The position numbers and the translations under genes were made by a program. 39,252 nt of DNA from an uncultured Luteolibacter sp. (GTDB lineage Bacteria; Verrucomicrobiota; Verrucomicrobiia; Verrucomicrobiales; Akkermansiaceae), in the NCBI GenBank assembly GCA_964425095.1, contig CAYRLT010000458.1:1-39252 (forward strand), given 5' to 3'. The stretch's first letter is position 1, and the number at the start of each line of letters is the position of its first letter. Positions 1 to 8,545 of this stretch are shown piece by piece. The notes beneath the pieces were generated by a model that ran no database searches, was not told the origin of the DNA, and saw nothing but the letters and a program-made list of their open reading frames with translations.

Positions 1-1
1 T

Positions 2-1687
2 CATCGCTGGTATCAGGGGCAATGGCAAGAGTCCTTGGAGTGGCTCGTGTGGTCGCGTGCCTGGGCATCTGATCCGGTGACGGGAGATCCAAAATCGCCG
101 GATAAAGGCGGGATCTGGCACCTTAGCGGCACTGAGATCGCTAACATCTTCAGCAAAATGGGTTTCTAGGACCAAGCACTGGCCTTACACGAGCATGCCT
201 TGCAGCAGAAAATCACCGGCGGATATGAGGGCAAGTGCACCACTCGGCACAAAATGAACATCCTGAAGTTGAAGCGCTTGATCGGCAAAGACCTGCCTGC
301 CGACGCTGTCGAACAGGCACGCGCCAGCATCGTACAAGCCGCAGGAAACATCTATGAAAAGCAGGAGTATGTGCGGCTCTATGAAGCCGAACTCGGCGAG
401 CTGCTCATACATGTGGGCCGCGTATCCGAAGGGGAAGCCCTGCTCGATCAACTCGCCGCAGCAGGTTCCCGGGAGGCCCGCATCGCGCGATTGATCCATT
501 GGATCAAAACCGGACGCACCCGCGGCGTGGAGGCCGAACTGCAGAAGCTTCTGAAGGAGTCCAGATCGACCGGTCGCAAGATGGATGAACTCGTTTTCTA
601 TCAACTCTACGCCGATTTCCTAGAACAGCAGGGCCGACTGAATGAAGCCCTGAGGGTCCGACGCGAACTGGTCCAGCTATGCAAAGCCTTCGACATCTTC
701 ACTCACCTGCCCGTGGAAATGGCAAAGCTGGCCGCGTTGCTAAATCGATTGGGCATCTGGGATGAAAGCCTGCTCATCGCCAACCAAGCCCGCGAACTCC
801 TTGGCAAAGGACAAATTCCCGATCACTTGGTCCGCAAAGCACAGGACATCCTCGATAAAATCATTCGTGGCAAACCGATCGCAGATGAAAAGGATCCTGC
901 CATTCTCGTCGATTTCCAACCGTTTCAGTCGGTCGTGATGCCGCTCAAGGGGGCCTCTTGGGTGAGCCACCTAATGCTGAGCAATCCCTCGGGCACCGAT
1001 CAATCCGGCATGCTCCGGTCCATCGGGCTGCCAGTTCGCTTCCAAGAAGTGGACGGCCAATTCGACGGTGAAGTGGCCATCCTAGCAACACTGGGTGGAA
1101 AAGCGGGCGATCAAGAACTGAAAGTGGAGATCGAACCGGCGGGCTATAAGATCATCGCCCTCAATGCCTCCAAGGACTTCACCGGTCATGGCAAGCTTGC
1201 ACTGGCCTGGACACCGAACAAGGGCGCGGGCCGCGCCGAATCGAAGATCCTGCTAGAAGAAGCGCTCGGTGGAGCCACCAAGGCGATCATTCAGGCAGGC
1301 GCCTACAAACTGAATCCGTTTTACGGCATCCCGGTCTATCATCATTACCTCGATACCGAACCCGCCAAACACTCCCAGCCCATGCGTTTCGCGTGCTCGG
1401 AAAAAGCCCGCATTGAAATTTATGACATGGACGGCATCCCCATCGCCATCGATGGACAAGGCAATGGTTCACTCCGCGATGCAGGCGACGAACTCTTCGG
1501 CGCTGGAGACGGCCACGGCAATCTTCACCTGCCGCTCACCAAAGGCAGCGCCTCTTTCAGGATCATGATCTACCCACAACAAGAAATCCCAGATGACGGC
1601 CTCAGCCTGCGCATCGAATGCCTCGATGAAGGCAAGTGGGAACTCTACGCAGAAGATCGCCTCATGCCCGCCACGGCTAAGGATTAA
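2..1687 (+). pseudogene. TPR-like helical repeat protein with beta-rich C-terminal region; 5' end outside the window; interrupted by an in-frame TAG at 167-169
   Basis: The frame of ORF 200..1687 is open from base 2 to 166 (HRWYQGQW...IANIFSKMGF), then TAG, then DQALALHEHALQQK. TPR-like helices include LGELLIHVGRVSEGEALL, YADFLEQQGRLNEALRV and LAALLNRLGIWDESLLIA. Confidence 0.6.
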
Positions 1688-1765
1688 TTCTTTCCCATGA
1701 GTCTTCCATCCCTTCCCAGATTTACCGCTTGGCTCGCCCGCATGACACAGTTAAAAATCCACTAC

Positions 1766-2086
1766 ATGAAGATACGCCTCAATCTATCCACCATAGCCGT
1801 CGTCTGCGCTATAGGACTTTCCTCGTGTGCTACGAATGACAATCCACCTTGCAGACGTGTTACAGCCAAGGAGTTTATGCGACCACATACATTCAAGGGC
1901 ATTCCAACAGACCAGTTTATTGGAGTCACGGGTGCTCCCAATCATTTCACACCGATGAAGGGAGAAGGTAAGGCCTTCAAGCACATTTGGGAGATGGGTG
2001 TATTTCATGGATGGGCCATCATCTGGTGTCCAACTGATGAGTTATCCAAGGATTACTTGTCGAAGGCGCGCCAAGCACCCAACTGA
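1766..2086 (+). CDS. Small predicted lipoprotein, hypothetical (106 aa)
   Basis: ATG 1766 gives MKIRLNLSTIAVVCAIGLSSC: basic N-terminus, hydrophobic core and LSSC lipobox. Visibly more AT-rich than its neighbours. Confidence 0.65.
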   Translation: MKIRLNLSTIAVVCAIGLSSCATNDNPPCRRVTAKEFMRPHTFKGIPTDQFIGVTGAPNHFTPMKGEGKAFKHIWEMGVFHGWAIIWCPTDELSKDYLSKARQAPN

Positions 2087-2100
2087 AAAGGTCCCGTCAC

Positions 2101-2147
2101 TTGACACCGACATCCCTCAGTGGTAGCTACCTTTTGATGACTACCAC
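2101..2147 (+). promoter_or_regulatory. Putative vapBC promoter/operator
   Basis: TTGACA at 2101-2106 and a weak -10 (TAGCTA) 17 bp downstream. Perfect palindrome GGTAGCTACC (2122-2131) and inverted pair GTGGTAG (2120-2126)/CTACCAC (2141-2147), as expected for TA autorepression. Confidence 0.5.
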
Positions 2148-2385
2148 CGCCAAAGTTTTTGCCAGTGGCCGCAGCCAAGCGATTCGGCTGCCGAAGGAGT
2201 TTCGGGTTTCCGGCAAGGAGGTCCGGCTCACCCGCGTGCCCGGAGGAATTCTCATCAGCGAGGGCGACCCGTGGGACGCATTCGACGAGGGCTGCCGAAG
2301 TCTGGGCGCTGATTTCTTCGAGGCCGTGGAAGGTCGCGAGCGCAAGGCGACGCAGGTCAGGGATTTCAACGCCGGCCTGCCATGA
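2137..2385 (+). CDS. vapB: AbrB/MazE-family antitoxin VapB
   Basis: MTTTAKVFASGRSQAIRLPKEFRV is the VapB/AbrB N-terminal motif. ATGA overlap with the downstream PIN-domain gene. Confidence 0.9.
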   Translation: MTTTAKVFASGRSQAIRLPKEFRVSGKEVRLTRVPGGILISEGDPWDAFDEGCRSLGADFFEAVEGRERKATQVRDFNAGLP

Positions 2386-2837
2386 TCCGACTACTGGACA
2401 CGGACACCTTCATCCTGCTGCTGCGCGGCACGGCCTTGATTCATCCCCGCACCCCGCGGGAAAAGAACGTGGTCGCCTCCGCAAAGCGAATCCGGGAACG
2501 CTGTCGCAAAGAAACCAGCGACGGACGGCGCGTCGGCCTCTCCGCCATCAGTCTGGCAGAATTGGAATACGGTCTGCACGCGAGTGATCGTTACGAAAAA
2601 AAGCTCCCTGCCTTGCAGCAGGTGCTGCTGCCGTTCGAGCGCTTTGCCTTCGATCCGGTGGACTGCGTGCAGCACTATGGCAACATCCGTGCTATCTTGG
2701 AAAAATCCGGAAAAACCATCGGGCCACTTGATTTACTCATCGCTGCACACGCCCTCGCCCTGGACGCGACCCTGATCACCCACAACACGCGCGAGTTTCG
2801 CCGCGTGCCTGATCTGAGTGTGGAGGATTGGGCATAA
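2382..2837 (+). CDS. vapC: PIN-domain toxin VapC
   Basis: PIN motifs LLDTD, SAISLAELEYG, IGPLDLLIAAHAL, LITHNTREFRRV and VEDW. Confidence 0.92.
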   Translation: MIRLLDTDTFILLLRGTALIHPRTPREKNVVASAKRIRERCRKETSDGRRVGLSAISLAELEYGLHASDRYEKKLPALQQVLLPFERFAFDPVDCVQHYGNIRAILEKSGKTIGPLDLLIAAHALALDATLITHNTREFRRVPDLSVEDWA

Positions 2838-2868
2838 CGTTACATTCCACCCTGTTTTGAAGAGTCAC

Positions 2869-3630
2869 CTATTCCCCGATCAACACCTCGACGCCTTGGT
2901 CCTGAAGTCCCGCGACAAATTCCGGGTCCGCTCCCTTATCCGTGATCAAGCAGCTCAAATCCGTCACCGCCGCAAAGAAAAACGAGGCCTTGCGCCCGAG
3001 TTTCGAGTGATCCGCCATGAACACCACGTCCTCCGCGTTCGCGACCACCCGTTCCTTGAAGGCCGCTTGGCGGGCGTTGCTTTCGCTCACCCCGCGCTCG
3101 GGATGCAGCCCGCTCCCGGATAAAAACATCCGGTGGATATTATATCGTTGCAGGGATTTTTCCGCAGTCAGGCCGATAAACGATTGCGATTTCGCATCGA
3201 AAAGCCCGCCCGTGCACATCAAATCCAGATTCGGTCGGTCGGAAAGCGCCGTCAGCACATTCAGCGCATTTGTCAGAACCGTCAGCGGAAGGTCCGGCAA
3301 AAACTCGGTGAGTGTCAGGACCGTCGAGCTCGCATCCAGGAAAATCGTTTCGTTCGCCTGAATCCGGCTCGCCGCCAAGCGAGCGATCGCCTGCTTTTCC
3401 TCCCGCCGGACGGTTTGGCGCTGCGTGAATGGCAAATCACCCCGGATTTTCTCCGGTCGGCTCGCCCCGCCGTGGATGCGAATCAACTCTCCGCGTTTCT
3501 CCAACATCTCAAAATCCTTCCGCACCGTCTCGTCCGTCACCCCCAGCGCCTCCGCCGTCTCAGTCGTCCGCAGCGATCCCGCCATTGTCAAAAGATCGAG
3601 AATCCGGCGTTGGCGTTCAATGGCGAGCAT
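2869..3630 (-). CDS. DeoR/GlpR-family transcriptional regulator of the BMC locus
   Basis: N-terminal HTH (ERQRRIL...LGVTDETVRKDF...IRIHGGA) and DeoR sensor domain (IFLDASST, TNAL, ADHSKLG). Divergent from pduL. Confidence 0.93.
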   Translation of the reverse strand: MLAIERQRRILDLLTMAGSLRTTETAEALGVTDETVRKDFEMLEKRGELIRIHGGASRPEKIRGDLPFTQRQTVRREEKQAIARLAASRIQANETIFLDASSTVLTLTEFLPDLPLTVLTNALNVLTALSDRPNLDLMCTGGLFDAKSQSFIGLTAEKSLQRYNIHRMFLSGSGLHPERGVSESNARQAAFKERVVANAEDVVFMADHSKLGRKASFFFAAVTDLSCLITDKGADPEFVAGLQDQGVEVLIGE

Positions 3631-3717
3631 GGTTTTGTGTATTTCTGTGTTTCTTTGGGAATTTTTTGGAATTTAGGTTGACTTGTCAACCGAATCCCAC
3701 AAAAACAAAGCCAAGCC
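3631..3717. promoter_or_regulatory. Divergent promoter/operator region between DeoR and the BMC operon
   Basis: Palindrome GGTTGAC-TT-GTCAACC (3676-3691) contains TTGACT (+) and TTGACA (-). Four 10-nt-period TTTTGTG/TTTGGGAA-like repeats at 3633-3672. Confidence 0.55.
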
Positions 3718-4398
3718 ATGGCAGAAACGCTCAAACAATCCACTCCGCGTGCCGTCGTTGAACATTTGGTGCGCGAGCAAGTGTATGCCCGCCTCGGGTT
3801 CGCTCTTCCAGCCGCCTCCAAGGCTCCGAACGCGCTGTTGGTCAATATTTCCGCCCGCCACTGCCATCTCACGCAGGAAGCCGTCGAAGCGCTTTTCGGC
3901 CCCGGCCACAAGCTGACCCCGATGAAAGGCCTCTATCAGGATGGCCAATACGCCGCCAAGGAATCCATCACCTTGATCGGCCCGCGCAGCCGCGTGATAT
4001 CCAACCTCCGGATTCTCGGCCCTTGCCGCTCACTCAACCAAATCGAACTCGCCTACACCGACGCCATCTCACTCGGTTTCGATATCCCGGTCCGCATGTC
4101 CGGCGATATCAAAGGCACGCCCGGCTGCATGCTGATGGGCCCTAACGGTTACTTCAAACTCGACGAAGGCGTGATCCGCGCCCAACCGCACGTCCACATG
4201 AATGCGGACGACGCCGGTTACTACGGCGTGAAACACCTCGATGTCATGAAACTCAAGGTCCACGGGCCACTCGGCATGACCTTCGACAAACTCGTCGTCC
4301 GCGTGGACCCCTCGTTCAAACTCGAAGTCCACATCGATACCGACGAAGGCAACGCCTGCGGCCTCAAGCCCGATACTTTCTGTGAACTGATCAAATAA
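3718..4398 (+). CDS. pduL: PduL-type phosphate acyltransferase with N-terminal encapsulation peptide
   Basis: Motifs SARHCHL, GQYAAKE, RILGPCR, QPHVHM and EVHIDTDEGNA. Amphipathic leader AVVEHLVREQVYARL. Confidence 0.93.
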   Translation: MAETLKQSTPRAVVEHLVREQVYARLGFALPAASKAPNALLVNISARHCHLTQEAVEALFGPGHKLTPMKGLYQDGQYAAKESITLIGPRSRVISNLRILGPCRSLNQIELAYTDAISLGFDIPVRMSGDIKGTPGCMLMGPNGYFKLDEGVIRAQPHVHMNADDAGYYGVKHLDVMKLKVHGPLGMTFDKLVVRVDPSFKLEVHIDTDEGNACGLKPDTFCELIK

Positions 4399-4439
4399 TC
4401 TCCAATCCACTATCTCCAACCACATCACCAACTAATATT

Positions 4440-4709
4440 ATGAGTGCACTCGGCATGATTGAAACCAGGGGCTACGTCGGCAGCGTCGAAGCCACAGACG
4501 CGATGGCCAAAGCCGCCAACGTTCAGATTATCAACCAAATCCAAATCGGTGCGGGCATGCTCACCGTGCTCGTCAAAGGCGATGTCGGCAGCGTGAAAGC
4601 CGCCGTCGATGCCGGAGCCGAAGCCGCCGGACGCGTTGGCGAACTCATTTCCGCCCACGTCATCGCCCGCCCACATGCGGAACTCCTCAGCCAATTCGGC
4701 ATAGCCTGA
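4440..4709 (+). CDS. BMC-H hexameric shell protein
   Basis: ALGMIETRG...DAMAKAANV...GDVGSVKAAVDAG...HVIARPH. Confidence 0.95.
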   Translation: MSALGMIETRGYVGSVEATDAMAKAANVQIINQIQIGAGMLTVLVKGDVGSVKAAVDAGAEAAGRVGELISAHVIARPHAELLSQFGIA

Positions 4710-4718
4710 GTTTCCGAA

Positions 4719-4743
4719 TAACATATAACCAATAACATCTAAC
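4719..4743 (+). repeat. 7-nt-period TAAC tandem repeat (x4)
   Basis: TAAC at 4719, 4726, 4733 and 4740 (AATAACA TATAACC AATAACA TCTAACT). Confidence 0.6.
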
Positions 4744-4754
4744 TCTCCAATACC

Positions 4755-5033
4755 ATGGCCAAACAAGCAATCGGCATTCTCGAAACCAAGGGCCTCATCT
4801 CCCTCCTTGAAGCCTCTGACGCAGCCCTCAAAGCCGCCGACATCAAAATGACCGGCTGGGACAAAATCGGCTCCGGCCTTGTCACCGGATTCTTCACCGG
4901 CGACGTCGCCGCAGTGAAAGCCGGCCTCGACGCCGCCGCCTCCGCCGCCTCGAAATTCGGCACCGTCACCGCAGTCCAAGTCATCCCACGCCCACACGAC
5001 GACCTTGCAAAGTTCGGCACGTGGTTTGGTTGA
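4755..5033 (+). CDS. BMC-H hexameric shell protein (PduA-like KIGSG pore)
   Basis: AIGILETKG...DAALKAA...KIGSG...GDVAAVKA...VIPRPH. Confidence 0.95.
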   Translation: MAKQAIGILETKGLISLLEASDAALKAADIKMTGWDKIGSGLVTGFFTGDVAAVKAGLDAAASAASKFGTVTAVQVIPRPHDDLAKFGTWFG

Positions 5034-5034
5034 T

Positions 5035-5080
5035 CTGAAATTTCAGCTTCTCAGCTTTTTAGAATTTCAGCTTCTACCCC
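5035..5080 (+). repeat. 8-nt-period TTTCAGCT tandem repeat (x4) upstream of the kinase
   Basis: TTTCAGCT TCTCAGCT TTTTAGAA TTTCAGCT TCTACCCC, preceded by CTGAAA (forming the palindrome CTGAAATTTCAG). Confidence 0.75.
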
Positions 5081-5081
5081 G

Positions 5082-6257
5082 ATGCTCGTTCTCGTCGCCA
5101 ACCTCGGATCGACCTCCTTCAAATACCGCCTCTTCCACATGGATGAGAGCGGTGAAGAGGTCGTCGCCAAGGGTGGCTACGAACGGGTGACCGATCACGC
5201 CGGTGTGATTGATGACGCGCTGGCCACACTCCAGCGCGATGGCATCATCACCAGCCCGGATGAAATCGACGCGGTCGGTTTCAAAACGGTTCTAGGCAAG
5301 GATCTCAGTGGATGCGTCATCGCCGACCAAGCAGTCATTGATGCGCTCGATGGCTTCGCCGCCGTCGCTCCCGCCCACAATCCGCCCTATGCGAACGGCA
5401 TCCGCCAGTTTACCCGGGCTTTGCCCAAAGCAAAATTGGTCGCGCTTTTCGAGACTGCCTTCTATCAGTGGATCAGCGCCGCCTCGGCGAATTACGCAAT
5501 CCCGAAATCATGGCGTGACATTGGCATCCGGCGCTACGGGTTCCACGGTGCCAGCCACAAGTTCATCGCCGAGCGTTCCGCCGAACTTTGCCAACGCGAA
5601 GACGTCGCGCAAATCGCCCGCCGCCTCTATCTCGATGGCCCGGCTGACATTTCCGCCAAGCCATTCCGCGTCGTCTCATGCCACCTCGGTGGCTCCAGCT
5701 CCGTCACCGGCATTCTCAATGGCGTGGCCATCGGCACCAGCATGGGATTCTCCCCGCAAAGCGGCCTGCCGCAAAACAACCGCGTCGGCGAGCTCGACTC
5801 CGGTGCCATTCCATACGCCATGCGCACCCTCGGCCTCTCACTCGATGAAGCCGAACGCCAACTCACCAAGGAGTCAGGATTGTTAGGCCTCTCCGGTGTC
5901 TCCAATGACATCCGCGATATCCGCGAAGCGGCCAACTCCGGCAACGCGGACGCCCGACTCGCCCTCGACTCGCTCACCCACTCGATCCGTCACTGGATCG
6001 GTGCTTTCACCCTTGAACTCGGCGGCATCGATGCACTCGTCTTCACCGCTGGCATTGGCGAGAACAACACCGACATCCGCGCCCACGTTTGCGCGAATCT
6101 CGAAGCCTTCGGCATCCGACTCGATCCCGCGAAAAACGCAAGCTGCCGGGCCACCGAGGCCGACATCAGCACAGCAGATTCCCCCGCCCGCATTTTTGTT
6201 ATCCCCGCCAACGAGGAACTTGTCCTCGCCCGCGAAGTTTTCCGCAAACTCTCCTGA
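5082..6257 (+). CDS. ackA: Acetate/propionate-family acyl kinase (BMC-associated, probably lactyl-phosphate)
   Basis: Motifs LVANLGSTSFKY, APAHNP, RRYGFHGASH, CHLG, SGLLGLSG, VFTAGIGEN and IPANEELVLA. Confidence 0.92.
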   Translation: MLVLVANLGSTSFKYRLFHMDESGEEVVAKGGYERVTDHAGVIDDALATLQRDGIITSPDEIDAVGFKTVLGKDLSGCVIADQAVIDALDGFAAVAPAHNPPYANGIRQFTRALPKAKLVALFETAFYQWISAASANYAIPKSWRDIGIRRYGFHGASHKFIAERSAELCQREDVAQIARRLYLDGPADISAKPFRVVSCHLGGSSSVTGILNGVAIGTSMGFSPQSGLPQNNRVGELDSGAIPYAMRTLGLSLDEAERQLTKESGLLGLSGVSNDIRDIREAANSGNADARLALDSLTHSIRHWIGAFTLELGGIDALVFTAGIGENNTDIRAHVCANLEAFGIRLDPAKNASCRATEADISTADSPARIFVIPANEELVLAREVFRKLS

Positions 6258-6297
6258 CTATTCTCCAACAACCTCCAATCACTAACCAAACACTAAA

Positions 6298-6603
6298 ATG
6301 GCCAAACAAGCAGTAGGACTCCTCGAAACCCGCGGCCTCGCATGCCTCGTCGTCGGCGTTGACGCGATGCTCAAATCCGCAAATGTCGAACTCGTCGGAC
6401 CGATGAAACAAATCGGTAACGCAATGTGCAACGCCGCCGTCACTGGTGACGTCGCCGCCGTGAAAGCCGCCATCGATGCCGGTGCATCCGCCGTCGCGCA
6501 AGCTGGCGGTGAAGTCATCAGCGCCCATGTCATCGCCCGTCCGGACGACGCCATTGATAGCGTGCTCCCGAAAGACGCCGCCGCCCGCGCCCCGCGCAAG
6601 TAA
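6298..6603 (+). CDS. BMC-H hexameric shell protein with short basic C-terminal tail
   Basis: AVGLLETRG...DAMLKSANV...GDVAAVKAAIDAG...HVIARP; tail KDAAARAPRK. Confidence 0.95.
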   Translation: MAKQAVGLLETRGLACLVVGVDAMLKSANVELVGPMKQIGNAMCNAAVTGDVAAVKAAIDAGASAVAQAGGEVISAHVIARPDDAIDSVLPKDAAARAPRK

Positions 6604-6689
6604 GTTAGAAGTGAACAGTCTTGGCGCGGGGAAAGCCATTCATGGCCGCTCCCGCTCCACTGCTCACTGCTTACTGATCACTTTCAACT
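6603..6689 (+). repeat. Intergenic hairpin with 7-nt-period CACTGCT repeats
   Basis: 6603-6619 pairs with 6673-6689 (2 mismatches, 1 G-U). Inner stems GCGGG/CCCGC and GCCAT/ATGGC. Repeat CACTGCT CACTGCT TACTGAT CACT at 6658-6682. Confidence 0.6.
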
Positions 6690-6699
6690 AATAAATCCC

Positions 6700-7008
6700 A
6701 TGTTCCTCGCCGAAGTCATTGGACAAGTTGTCTCGACCAAGAAGGACGAGCTCATGGTGGGAAGAAAACTCCTACTTCTCCGTCCCAAATTGGTCGATGA
6801 CAAGGATCCGTCCAAATTCAAAGACGGAGCCAATACCATCGTCGCCATCGATACCGTCGGTGCCGGGGAAGGCGAGCTCGTCATGTTCTGCCAAGGCAGC
6901 TCCGCCCGCGCCGCCCAAGGCCTCAAACTCATCCCCGTGGACGCCGCCATCATCGCCATCATCGACCGCGTCGAAGTCCAAGGCAAAACCCTCTACAAGG
7001 GTGACTAA
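6700..7008 (+). CDS. BMC-P (EutN/CcmL family) vertex protein
   Basis: MFLAEVIGQVVSTKK...VAIDTVGAGEGELV...QGSSAR...PVDAAIIAIID. Confidence 0.95.
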   Translation: MFLAEVIGQVVSTKKDELMVGRKLLLLRPKLVDDKDPSKFKDGANTIVAIDTVGAGEGELVMFCQGSSARAAQGLKLIPVDAAIIAIIDRVEVQGKTLYKGD

Positions 7009-7033
7009 TCGCTATCCCTTTTCGTAATCTCGA

Positions 7034-8506
7034 ATGAAAACCATCGATCCAGAACTTCTCCGCTCCGTTGTTGAATCCGTCGTCGCCCGCTTGGCGTCCG
7101 GCCAGCCACAAGCACCCGCCGCCCCGGCACCCGCCGCTAAAACCTCCTGCGGTTGCGGCACATCCTCCGGCGGTGAACGCGGAGTTTTCAATTGCGTCGA
7201 AAAGGCCGCGCAAGCTGCCAACGACTCCCACCTCAAGTTGAAGAAACTCGGAGTCGCCGGCCGCGCCAAGGTCATCGAAATCGTCAAAGCGATGGCCGTC
7301 GGCAATGCTGAGGCATGGGGCAAGTTCGAGATGGAGGAAACCAAGATCGGCCGCCTCGATCACAAGATCGGCAAGCTCCTCATCACCAAGAATGTTCCCG
7401 GCACCGAGTGGCTCCAGCCCTATGCCATGAGCGGCGATGGCGGCATCACGCTTGAAGAATATGCGCCCTTCGGTGTGGTCGGCGCCATCCTGCCCGTCAC
7501 CCATTCGGTCCCCACTCTAACCGGCAACGTGATCAACATGGTCGCCGCCGGAAACTCGATCGTTTTCAATCCGCACCCCGGCGGTGCCCGCAGCGCCGCC
7601 ATGGCCGTGCGCGCTTACAACGAGGCGATCTTCCGCGAACTCGGCGTCGACAACATCATCACCACCATCGAGCAACCCACCCTCGAATCGTTCGACGCCA
7701 TCTGCAAGAACCCGCTGATTCCATTGCTCGCCATCACCGGTGGCCCGGCCGTCGTCGGCGCTGCCATGAAATCCGGCAAGCGCGCGATCTGCGCCGGCCC
7801 AGGAAACCCGGTCGTCGTCGTCGATGAAACCGCCGACCTCGCCCGTGCCGCCCGCAACGTGATCGAAGGCGGCGCGTTTGATAACAACCTGCTCTGCATC
7901 GGCGAAAAAGTCGTCTTCGTCGTCGCCCCGGTCTTCAATAAATTCTGTGAGGAACTCACCAAAGCCGGCGCCGCCCGTATCAACGCACAGCAGTTAGAAA
8001 AACTCACTGCCGCCGCATTCACCTTCAAGCCCGGCGAAGGCGGTGGCTGCTCGCACGCCTCCGTGAATCGCGCTCTCGTCGGTGCCGATCCCGCGGTCCT
8101 CGCTCAGCACGCCGGAGCCACCATTCCCGCAGGCACCCAGATGCTCTTTGCCGAGACCGATGCCGACCATCCATTCGTTCAAGAAGAGCAAATGATGCCG
8201 ATGATGCCCATCGTTTCCTGCCCGGACTTCGAGACAGCCGTCCGCGAAGCCAAACGCGCCGAGCACAACTACCGTCACTCCGCCATCATCCACACCCGCG
8301 ACGTCAATCGCATGACTTACATGGCCAAGGAAATGGACACCACCATCTTCGTCAAAAACGGCCCATCCGTCGCCGGCCTCGGCCTCGGTGGCGAAGGTTA
8401 TCTTTCCTACTCCATCGCCACCACCACCGGCGAAGGCATCACCACTCCCAAAACCTTCACCCGCATCCGCCGCTGCGTCCTAGTCGAAAACCTGAGAATC
8501 ATCTAA
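7034..8506 (+). CDS. CoA-acylating aldehyde dehydrogenase (PduP/EutE-like) with N-terminal encapsulation peptide
   Basis: Motifs APFGVVGAILPVT, TGGPAVV, AGPGNPVVVVDETA, FDNNLLCIGEK (catalytic Cys) and EEQMMP. Leader IDPELLRSVVESVVARLA followed by a Pro/Ala linker. Confidence 0.93.
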   Translation: MKTIDPELLRSVVESVVARLASGQPQAPAAPAPAAKTSCGCGTSSGGERGVFNCVEKAAQAANDSHLKLKKLGVAGRAKVIEIVKAMAVGNAEAWGKFEMEETKIGRLDHKIGKLLITKNVPGTEWLQPYAMSGDGGITLEEYAPFGVVGAILPVTHSVPTLTGNVINMVAAGNSIVFNPHPGGARSAAMAVRAYNEAIFRELGVDNIITTIEQPTLESFDAICKNPLIPLLAITGGPAVVGAAMKSGKRAICAGPGNPVVVVDETADLARAARNVIEGGAFDNNLLCIGEKVVFVVAPVFNKFCEELTKAGAARINAQQLEKLTAAAFTFKPGEGGGCSHASVNRALVGADPAVLAQHAGATIPAGTQMLFAETDADHPFVQEEQMMPMMPIVSCPDFETAVREAKRAEHNYRHSAIIHTRDVNRMTYMAKEMDTTIFVKNGPSVAGLGLGGEGYLSYSIATTTGEGITTPKTFTRIRRCVLVENLRII

Positions 8507-8512
8507 CTCTAA

Positions 8513-8544
8513 TTTCAGCGTTTCAGAATTTCAACTTTTACCCC
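8513..8544 (+). repeat. 8-nt-period TTTCAG repeat upstream of second BMC-P
   Basis: TTTCAGCG TTTCAGAA TTTCAACT TTTACCCC A ATG. Confidence 0.75.
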
Positions 8545-8545
8545 A

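Noticed and set aside
167-169. Genome-wide TAG recoding or pyrrolysine read-through
   Set aside because: TAG ends apparently complete genes in this window (stops at 27889, 32991 and 36891), and no pyl genes are visible.
1745-2100. Integron cassette around the AT-rich lipoprotein
   Set aside because: No convincing RYYYAAC...GTTRRRY attC structure and no integrase in the window.
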